Assembly: GCA_026936335.1 (NCBI GenBank)
Contig: JAPMXV010000013.1
Coordinates: 62,001 to 126,000 of the forward strand
DNA: 64,000 nucleotides
Direction of reading: 5' to 3'
From: Mantamonas sphyraenae STR306
Taxonomy: Eukaryota > Protista > CRuMs
Below the pieces are notes generated by a model. That model was not told the DNA's origin, did no database searches, and saw only the letters and a list, made by a program, of their open reading frames with translations. A program made the translations under genes and the position numbers. Numbering within the stretch: the stretch's first letter is position 1; every line of letters starts with the position of its first letter. This document shows positions 36,002 to 46,100 of this stretch, in pieces.

Positions 36002-37138
36002 ATGCACAGGAAACCACAGCAGAGGATTGCAGTGGTTGTGGCCCTTGTGCTTATGGCCACCAGCATGCAGATCACACCGACACAGGCATGGTGGGATGGG
36101 GGACACATGATGGTGGCACAGATTGCCCTGAACGCACTGGACGCAGAAACACAGTCGGAGCTGCACAATCTGACCTCCATGCTGCCCGCTGTGGCCAAGA
36201 GTGGCATGTTTGTGGAGAGTGCATGTTGGATGGATGACATCAAGTCCCAACATGTGTTCCTTTACAACAATTGGCACTTCTACGACCAACCCCTGGTCAA
36301 TTCCAGCAGCCTGAACCCGTCGTTGCCTCCGCAGGAAGGACACCTGTGGTGGGCCATCTCTGGACTTGTGGCCCAGATCAAGAGTGGCACGACGTGTGTG
36401 TTGAGTCGTGCGCTTGCTCTTCGTCAGCTGTTGCACCTTGTGGGAGACGCCCACCAGCCCCTGCACTCGGTGGTTCTGTTTGACGCCGCCTTCCCCCAGG
36501 GAGACCGTGGAGGCAACCTGTTTCACATTGGCGCCCCTTCATTTGATCCATCCATCAACAGTCTGCACAAGCTGTGGGATTCCACCATGGGTGTTGTGGC
36601 CGAGCCCACACGTCCACTCAGCGTGGCCGATGCCAAGGCCTTTTCCACCCTGGCCGACCAACTGGTGCAGCAGGTGGACCCGCAGCGTACCTTTCCACCC
36701 AATTGGCAGTATGTGAACACCACCCGGTGGGGTGAGGAGGCCATGCATTTGGCACGCACACGTGTGTACGAGGGCATCGAGGTGGGTCAAACACCCACCC
36801 AGGCCTACCTGGACCGAGGCAAAGACACCATCCGCTACCAACTGGTGCTTGCGGGCATGCGATTGGCAGAGGTGCTCAAGGACATGCCCACGGTGACATG
36901 GTGTGGTGTGTTGCCTGTCGACGAGACGGACAGGGTGAGCCAACTCACCGCAGAGGTGGCTTCCCTCAAGACCAAACTCACCACCGCCCAGTTCATGGTC
37001 GTCGGATACTCCTCTGGTCTCATCTTGGCCATCCTTCTTCTCTTGGGCCTCGCCTTGTTCTCTCTCCTTTACATTCGACGGATCCAGCGACGAGCACACA
37101 CCCAACACACCGACTACGTGCACCAACGAGACTTTTGA
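36002..37138 (+). CDS. S1/P1 nuclease with signal peptide and C-terminal TM
   Basis: A|WWDGGH, ACWMDDIK, WHFYD, LLHLVGDAHQPLH, DRGGN, LHKLWDS, AGMRLA. Confidence 0.95.
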   Translation: MHRKPQQRIAVVVALVLMATSMQITPTQAWWDGGHMMVAQIALNALDAETQSELHNLTSMLPAVAKSGMFVESACWMDDIKSQHVFLYNNWHFYDQPLVNSSSLNPSLPPQEGHLWWAISGLVAQIKSGTTCVLSRALALRQLLHLVGDAHQPLHSVVLFDAAFPQGDRGGNLFHIGAPSFDPSINSLHKLWDSTMGVVAEPTRPLSVADAKAFSTLADQLVQQVDPQRTFPPNWQYVNTTRWGEEAMHLARTRVYEGIEVGQTPTQAYLDRGKDTIRYQLVLAGMRLAEVLKDMPTVTWCGVLPVDETDRVSQLTAEVASLKTKLTTAQFMVVGYSSGLILAILLLLGLALFSLLYIRRIQRRAHTQHTDYVHQRDF

Positions 37139-37141
37139 GGA

Positions 37142-37165
37142 GTGTGTGTGTGTGTGTGTGTGTGT
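37142..37165. repeat. (GT)n microsatellite filling most of a 39-bp convergent gap
   Basis: Read directly from the sequence. Confidence 0.95.
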
Positions 37166-37177
37166 ATTGGGATTGAA

Positions 37178-38109
37178 TTACTGGGCATACTTGCGCACCC
37201 ACTGCTTGGCCTTGCGCTCAAAGGCGTCGGCGTCGTTCTTCCACTCCTCGGCAGCCTCGATGTTCAGCGGATCGCTGACGTCGGCCAGATCGGTAAACAG
37301 GGCATCCAGACCAAACACCACACCCTTGATTCCCTGCACGGGGCTCCATTCCTTCTCACGAAGGATGTTGAGGCACACATGGCCCTCTGTGTCGATGTTC
37401 GGGTGCCACAGCATCGTGCGGCACAGCACCTTGGGCGGTGTGATGTTGTACGACTCGGGGCACGACACATCAAACTCAAAGCTGCCTCCTGTGTGGTGCA
37501 CAACGTATGTGTGGTGCGTGCGTATGAGTGGCGTGTGTGTGTGTGGCGTGTGTATGTGTGCACAGAGAGAGAGAGTGTGTTGGGTTTTTCGGCGAGTTGG
37601 TGGGCAGCGGCAGGAGGGGAAAACCAAGAACAACAACCCACCCTTCCACACGCCGTCGTTGGGTCGCACAATGATCTTGAAAGAGCGCAGGTCGTCCACG
37701 TCTTCAAACACAAGCTCGCTGGTCTCTGGCACCACGTCGCTGGTCAGTTCAGCCAGCTCTGTGTGGGTGTGCGTGTGTGTGCGTTTGGGGTGAGCGAACA
37801 AGGACTCCGGAATTGCGCACCTCCCCTTTCCGCCGTGCCCCACAGAGTCGTCTGCGGTGGGTGGGCTCCACTTGCAGCAACTCACCTTGTTGCAAGAGCT
37901 GTGTGCGAATCGAGTCCACCTTTTGCAGCTTGGGTTTGCCGCTTGAGCTGCTGCTGCTGCTGCTGCTGTTGCTGCTCTGGTTCTTCTTGTCCTCCTTGGC
38001 CTTGACAATGTTGAACTGTGGTCCAACGCACGTGTACATGCGTGTGTGTGTGTGTGTGTGTCAGTTGTTGGGTCTCTTGTCCACGTGGTGGTTCCTCATG
38101 ACATACCAT
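37178..38109 (-). CDS. UBE2F: NEDD8-conjugating E2, UBE2F-like; exons 38109-38107, 38015-37886, 37758-37642, 37488-37178
   Basis: SIRTQLLQQELAEL, YNITPPKV, WHPNIDTEGHVCLNILRE, VVFGLDALFTDL..DPLNIEAAE..KYA resemble UBE2F more than UBE2M. Confidence 0.85.
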
Positions 38110-38511
38110 TTTTCGTCTGGGTGAGTTTTTGTGCTGCCTTGCACAGCGCTGGGCGTGGATGTGATGATGTCAAGACGCCCAATCAATTCAAAAAAGTGGT
38201 GTTGTTGTGCCGGACACGTGCGTGTGTGCCCTGAGCCTTCATTTCCATGGCTCTGGAGGTGGCCAGAGACCCACAAAGCATTCTGCCCAGCAAAGAAGAA
38301 GTGATCAGGAATCAGGAATGGCGGGTGAGATGCGTCTGTTCGCCCACAGTGCCCTCCCCCCGTTTGTGTCCCAGATCCCAACCCAAGCCATCACACAGCG
38401 CCACCTCTTGCCCGCAATGCAAGCAAAGAAAGCAAGAGCGGCAGGTGATGATGGAAAAGGAGGAGGAAAACGAGGAAAGGAGGAGGAGGAGCAACACGCC
38501 ACACACAGCGC

Positions 38512-39924
38512 CTACTCCTGCTTGACTGCCTTCTTCTTGGGGTCTGCTGCCTCGCCCTTCTTGTTGTCGGCACTGGTGTACTTCTTGCCGTACAGTTGGA
38601 TAAAGAGGACGAGGAAGGAGACGAGGACGAGTTGGCCAAAGATCCAGGAGCCCATGGGACCAGAGCACTCCTGGTTCATGTAGAAGAAGTACACAAAGCC
38701 AGAGAGGTTGGTGGCCACGTCAAACACAAACTGGGTGATCTGCAGACCCGTCAGGTACTTCTTCCACCACGGCTTGTGGCCCATGGCTGTCAGAGCATAG
38801 TAGAAGTACATCACCACATGCACCACCGTGTTGGCAATGCTGGCTGCCCACGTCACTGCAACTCCCGTGTCGTTCATCTCCATCACCAGGCACGCCGTGA
38901 TGATGTGGTGGTACCAGTGGAGGAACTACGCGTATGTGTGTGTATGTGTGTGTGTTGTGTGTGTGTGTTCGTGTGTACGTGTGTCTGTGTCAGCATCCCA
39001 TTCTCTCTGTGCAACACACACACCCACACCCACCCACCAATCATCCTCGCCTCTCACACAAACCTACAATCACTTCCTTCTTCTTCAGGCACAGCAGGAA
39101 AGTGTCGATAAACTCGTAGAACTTGGAGAGGAAGAACACGTAGTACCAAAAGTTGTGCGTGCCTGTGCGCGTGTGTCCATCATCCCCCGTGTGCCCCGTC
39201 ATTCTTCACGTGTCAGTCCTTGCCCTCAATTTCAGCACATATCTCTTCTGCCCTTCCACCGCATGTCCCGCTCCATCCACCGCCACAGCCATTGCACAAC
39301 ACGGACAAACCACAGCACACACACATGCACACGCCGTACATGCCCATGTCCAGCTCGACATGTCGCTGTGGGCTGCAGCGTGGGCGTGCGCGCGTGATGC
39401 GCTGGCATGCGAAAATTCCGTGTGCCAGGCTCCCTCGCCTGCCAAAAAGTCCTCTCTTTTCCTTCGCCTTCCCAACGTACCTGTCTGGGTGGCCAGAGTG
39501 TGGTCACAGAACAGGAACTGGATGCCAACCTCCTGCACCTTGGTGTACACGCCGTGGATCATGCCCACAGACATGGCCAGGGAGAGGGCGCTGAGAAAGA
39601 GGTTGTGGAAAATGGTAAAGTACTTCAGCTTGAACGGCTCTCGGTTGCGCATCCACTGCTGCAGACTCGACACCGTCATGCTGTAGGCAATCACCGCAAA
39701 CATCGTAAACGCCCAGTTGGCCAAAGGCAGCTTCGGCGAAATGGCAAACTGGTCCAGCGGCTGCTCGTACACCTGATGCTTCAGGTGCTCCAGAGAGCCC
39801 GTAAAGTTCTCGCTCGTCAAGAAGCGAAGATACGACTGTGCACACACAACACCCACTGCGTGTCAGAGAGCACACACATACACACACACACATGGACACT
39901 TCAGCTGCAGAAACATACCGTCAT
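38512..39924 (-). CDS. ELO-family fatty acid elongase; exons 39924-39919, 39835-39481, 39162-39068, 38925-38512
   Basis: HNLFLS, FFLSKFYEFIDT, FLHWYHH, NTVVHVVMYFYY, YLTGLQITQF. Confidence 0.95.
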
Positions 39925-39977
39925 GTTTGAAATGGGGTTTGTTTGTGGTGCATCTCCCGTCGCGCTCCTCACTCCCC

Positions 39978-40104
39978 TCACTTCTTGTCCAAACTTGGCA
40001 TGCTTGGCATCACCGGCATCTTGGGCATTCCCGAGGCAGCCCCTCCGCTTCCTGGCATCGGAGGCAACCCAGGCATGCCGCCCGGCGAACGAGAGGGCGA
40101 CTTG

Positions 40105-40136
<32 letters not shown>

Positions 40137-43100
40137 ATCGTCCATCTCTTCGTTGTCCTCATCATCCTCAATGGTGCTGTCCTCACGCAACACAGGCATG
40201 CTGGGCAGACCCATGGGCATGGAGGGCATGCCAGCAACCCCAGTCACAGGACTGCTCGTGCTGCCACCACGTGATCGCACCCCTCCTGGAGGAGGCAGCT
40301 TCAGATCCGCCAGTGTCTTGAGTCCCGTGCTGCCTGTGCGCGACACCTTTTCCATCTTCTTGGGCAGTCTCTGGCTCATGGCACGAGGACGTGCTGGCTT
40401 CATCGGCGTCAGGTGACTGGGGATCTTGGGCATCACCCTGCGTCCTCCCTCTGCCTCTTCCATCATGGCCTCGTCCTCTTCTTCCTCCGACGTGCGACTG
40501 CTTGCACGGCTGCTCACCGTGCTTCCCTTGGATGGGCTCACACTCGTCCCACGCATCCCCAATCGCTTGCCTCCACTCCCTCCAGGCAACGCCTTGATGG
40601 CTCCGATTGCACTCAACGGTGGCAACTTGGGTGTTCGCTTGCCACCACCACCACCTCCTCCCGGGCTGCTTCCTTCCTCCAACTCATCGCCCTCGTGGCC
40701 ACTGCTTGCCGTCGAACTGAACGACAGCGTGCGTCCATGGTTGGCTCCAGGCAGCTTCAACTTGGCCAATTCAGGCACCTTGGGCACCTGTCCCTGGGCC
40801 TTCACATCCACTTCTGCCCCCAACGCCGCACGTGATCGTGGCGTGGATCGCATTCCTCCTGTGCCCACCAGTGGACTCTGCGTCGTAATCGACGCCTCTG
40901 CCTTTGCCTCTTCGCTCTCTTCCTTTCCCTTGCGTACTGCCAGACGGGGCAACGGCACCAACCCTGCCGTCGATCCCGTTGTTGTTGTTGTCGGCGCCCC
41001 ACTGCGCTTCCCTGCCATCATGTCCATCAGCGCAATGCTCTGTGCCGTGGCCAACACATCATTGGCCTCGTCATCGTCATCATCATCGTCATCCTCATCG
41101 CTGTCGTCCATCCACGCCATTTCGCTCTTCTTCTTCTTGGCCATCAGTGCCAGTTCCGTTGCCACCCTGTTCTCCTTCTGCTTCTTGCGTCGCCACAACA
41201 CACCCACAAAGCAGCACGCAAGCACTCCCACAACCACACCCAGAATGGTGATCACACACGTGGTGTCACACACCACTCCAGGATCCACCGGTTGCGGTGT
41301 AGGTGCAGGAAGCAATGCCCCAAGACCATCGCCCGCACCGCTGTCATACGTGCCCCAATTGCCTTGCAGCTTGTCCGACGCACTGTCACTGAACCGCGAC
41401 GTGCCATTGGCGTCTGTCAGACCGCCCGTCACACGCACCGTCAGGTTGAACACGCCAATGGGTGGTGCGGTGGCCAACCCCGTCAGATTGCGTGTTTCCA
41501 CGAGCAGGGTGGTGCCATTGACCCACGATCCGTTGTACGATGCCCCAAAGGGATGGGACATGCGCAGGAGACGATCGATGTCCAGAGTGGTTGCCACCGC
41601 AGGTTGGTTGGTGGCCTTGTCAAACACAATCTCCATGCGGTCGCCCACACTGAAGAAGTTGTCGCTGTTGTCCGGATCCACCGCTGTCAGAGACACAATG
41701 GCCGGCGGTGTCACGTCCTTGAAGCCACCAGACACCGGCGGTGCCACCACACTGCCCGGAGGGATGGAGTTTGCGTCGTTGCTGACGTTGCCCACCACGC
41801 CCAGGTTGGCCAGATCCGGGGGCACGTCGTTGATCTCCAGAATGGTCAGTTGCAACTGGGTGCCATTCAACCACACGCCGCTGTAGTTCTTGGCAATGGG
41901 TTCGGAGAATTGCAACACCAGGTCGATCGCCGCCTTGGTGCTCACATCCGGTTCGTCCGTGGCAATGTCAAACACCACCAGCACCGTGTCACCCACCGCC
42001 ACAAAGGGCGGGTTGCTAAAGATCACCGCAATGATCTCCGGCTGCTTCTGGCCAAAGTCACCCGAGACAACCACCGTCGAGTGCGACGGCAACGACGACA
42101 CAATCGCATTCTTGACTCCTCCTGCGTTGTTGCGATCGCTGCGCACCTGCAACACACCCACACGCAGGTCAGTGCGTGCACCTGCACCCAATGTGATGAC
42201 CAGCGTGCTGGCATTGCTCCACACTCCCGTGTACGTGTCACCCAACGGGGTGCTAAAGTTCAACAGGGCATCGATCTGTGCCTTGGTGGCTGCAGGTGGC
42301 ATGTTGGTGGCTTCGCTAAACTCCACCGTCAGCGTGTCTCCCTCACCCGACGACGCATCCTTGTCATCCGCATCGTTGGCCACCACACGCACAATCTCGG
42401 GGCCTGCCAGCGTGCCAAAGTGACCCAGGCTCAACACCGCACGCGCACTGCTGGCAAACGATTGCTCCTGCGCATCCCGCAGTCCTCCCTCGGCACGCAA
42501 TTCCAACACAAGCGCACCCACACGCGGCGTCACAGCACCGCTCACGTCCACCGCACGCAACACAAGCTCCGTGGCACTTGTCCAATTGCCCACCAATGTG
42601 CCCAGCGACACCGTGGGTGGCTCCACCGCCAGCAGTCGTCGTCGTGTCGGCGCCCCTGCAGCTGCCTGCCGGAACACAAAGAGTTGGGACACAAGCGTGG
42701 CATTGTCCACGGCCGGTGTGTTGGTGGGCTCACTAAACACCAGTCGCAACTCGTCCCCATTGCTGTAGATCGCATCTGCTGCGTCGCCCCATGCCGTCAC
42801 ATTGGCCATGTAGGGTCCCTCTCGGTAGCCCCAGTTGCCTGCCAGTGGAGGCGATGTGCTGTGCGACGGCAGCGAGAAACGCCCTGCGTTGAGGAGGCCT
42901 CCCGTGGCACGCGTTGTCACACGGCTCACATTCACCACCGGCACGGCCACACTGCCGCTTGCATTGACAATGTCAATCTGCAGCGTGCGTGCGTCCAGCC
43001 ACACACCCGTGTAATTGCTCCCCAGCGACACCCCTGGCCCAAAGTCCAGCAGGGCATCCACCTGTGCCCGCGTTCCCACTGCCTCCATGCTCGTGTCCTC

Positions 43101-46100
43101 CGAGAAGCGCAATTGCATGCGATCGCCGGTGGAAAAGAACACGTCGCCGTTGTCCGGATCCCACGCCGTCCAGTTGACCACACGCGGACCTGGCAACAGG
43201 CCCCAATCGCCCACCAGCACGGGACTCACGCTGATGGAGGGTTGGGACGTGCCCTCGGCGTTGGTCAGTCCACCGTCGTAGAGGACCTGCAGACGGGCCA
43301 CCGACACGGCCGGCGTGTTGGCCCCGGTGGCATCCAGCACCGTCAACAGAGCCGTGCGGTTGTCCAGCCACGTGCCTGCGTAGTTGGCTCCCAACGAGTA
43401 GCCCTGGGTCCAGTTGAACACTCGGTCCACGTGGGCCCGTGTGGCAAGAGAGGGCATGTTGGTGGAGCTGTTGAAGTGCACACGCACCGTGTCGCCTGCA
43501 CTCAGCAGGGCATCGGCGTCGTCCGGATCGTTTGCGGTCACGTTGACCACCACGGGTGCGTTGGCCCACACAAACACGTACACAGAGTTGTTGGTGCAGG
43601 ACAGGTACGTGTCACACACTACGTACTCAAACGAGTCGCTGTAGTACGCCGTGTTGGCCTGTGGCACATACCGCAGCACCCCGTTGATCCCATCCACCTC
43701 CACCGTGCCGTTTTCAGGCGCACGACGCACCGCCAGCGACGTCACATTCACGTTGCCGTCCACATCACTCACCAGCAGCTCGGTCACACGCACGTCCACC
43801 GCCACGTTCTCCGTCGTGTTCACCGTCACGTTGACTCCAAACGGAGCGTCGTTCACGAAAATCACCGTAATGTTGGCCGTGGCATTGTCGCAATGGCCGT
43901 ACGTGTCGCACACCTGCCAGCGCAACGAGTCGACGCCGTAAAAGTGCAGGGATGGCGTGTAGCGGATGGCACGGATGGGCACCAACACCTCGGTGGTGCC
44001 ATTCCTGGGCTGTTCCAACACACTCAGCGTGTTCCAATCCAGATTGCCATCCACGTCGCTTGCTGCCAGGGTGCCAGCAATTGTCAGCACCGTGTCTTCC
44101 AGCGTCACATAGTTGCGATCCTGCACCACTGGGCCGTCGTTGACAAACACCACCTCCACAGTCACACGCACGTCGTCACACACCACACCACCACCGCTGC
44201 CCGTGTCACACACACGCACCACCGCCGTGTTCACACCAAACCAATCCTGCGCCGGGGCAAAGGCCACGCCGCCGTCGGCATACGACAACACACCGTTGGC
44301 AGGGGCGGTCACGGTGGCGAGGGTGGACACGTCCATGAGACGCGACGCATTGTTGGACAGCGTTGTGTTGGCATTGCGCACCACGGCGGCAAGCTCATCC
44401 TCGAGGGAACGCACCTGCACACTGGCTTCCGTGCGTCCTGCATCGCCTCCATTCCATCCGGGGTGGCTGTCGTATGCCACTGCGCTCGTGCGTCGAATGA
44501 TGTCGTTGATGGCCTGCGACTGCACGTTGAACACCACACGCACCGCACTGCTTGCGTTGCGTGCATACCTGTCCACGCGTGCCTCCACCACGGTGTTGCC
44601 CGCAGTCGTGGTCACACTGTCACACAGTGCACACGACAGACCACCGGCAAACGTAAACAGGGCCGGATCCAATTGTTCCCGGATGACCAGATCGGCGGCG
44701 GGGCCTGTGCTGACTCCACTCACGTGGGCCACATCCATCACAAATTGCACCGTGCCACCCACACCCACGTTGGACACACTCGTGCTGTGTGTAATGCCCA
44801 ACACCGGTTCAACCACAGTCAGATCCACACTGTCGCTCACCGACGATGCCAACGGCGCAAAGTCGGTTCGGCAAACCACACGCAGGTTGCGTGCGTCCAC
44901 ATTGGCCACCACGTCGTCCTGCACACGTGCCACCACCTCCAACACAATGTCCCCGCCCGCAGGGTTGTTGCCCTGGTTCACCACATCCGCACCAAACGCA
45001 AACACCGCTGCGTAGTGCGTCACATTGATGACAGGGCCGCCTGCGGGCAAACCGCTGATCCCGGCATCGACCGAGACCACGCGTGCGGTCAACACATGCA
45101 TGTGGCCATGGACAGCACCGCCAGTGGGCACGGTGCACGTGACGTTGACCGCCTGCGTGCCCTGCATGAGACGTGTTCGGTAGTGCAGGGTCACATGTTC
45201 GTCCACACTCACCTGTGTGCCATACGAGTCTGCGTTGCTGCTGGCCACCAGGCTCACCTGGCCCGTGGCACTGCTCACCAGGCTCACACTCGCACTTGCG
45301 TTGCGTGCGCCCGCACGCGCGTACGCATTCACGCCGGGGAAGCTGTCGTACGTGACATCGACACGTGTGTCCACACGTTGGGCAGGCGCAGCATTCACCA
45401 CCAAATCCGGACGCACGGTGTCGTTGTAACGCACCGCATACGTCACCACCACGGGTCCCTCGCCAAGCTGCACCGTGGACAGACGCACACGCACCTGCGT
45501 GTCACCTGCCCCGTTGCCCATCTCCACTGCAACCAGCGTCGTCACAGGCGTGGTGCCCGTCACACTCACTGTGCCTGGAATGAGATTGCTGCGTGGATCC
45601 AACGCATCCACAATGACCACGTCGTACATGGCGGCTGCACTGGTTGCAGGGTCGTGTTGCAACACCACACGCATGCCCACCACGTCTCCCGCGTCGGCTG
45701 TGCTCACATTGCTGCTCACACCCAACACAGGTGCACTCTCGACAATGCGCAGGGACAAGGAGGCGGTGGTGTTGCCCAGCACGGGGGCACCGTATGCAAA
45801 CACACACTGCATGCCCACACGCGTGTCATTGACATTGGCCGCAACCTGTGCCGGCACACGCACCTGCATGCGCACACGCAGCACATCTGCCTCACTGCTC
45901 CCCGCCACACTCGTGCCACGGTTCACCACATCCGTGCCAAAGTCAAACACCGCCCGATCAGCAAGCCCGTCGCCAGTCACCACTGCATCTGCCACCAACG
46001 TGGCATTGGCTCCCTGTGCCAACACGGTGTTGGTCACATCGGCGCCTACACTGTGCACCCAGGCTGCCACCAGATGAGCACGTCCCACACTGTCTGCAGG

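Noticed and set aside
38207-38683. Plus-strand ORFs between UBE2F and the elongase that would complete the strand alternation
   Set aside because: They run antisense into the elongase CDS, have no recognisable product and no convincing splice model.
279-39980. Stop-codon reassignment or readthrough
   Set aside because: TAA, TAG and TGA all terminate conserved genes at plausible positions. ORF breaks are explained by GT-AG introns or single indels.
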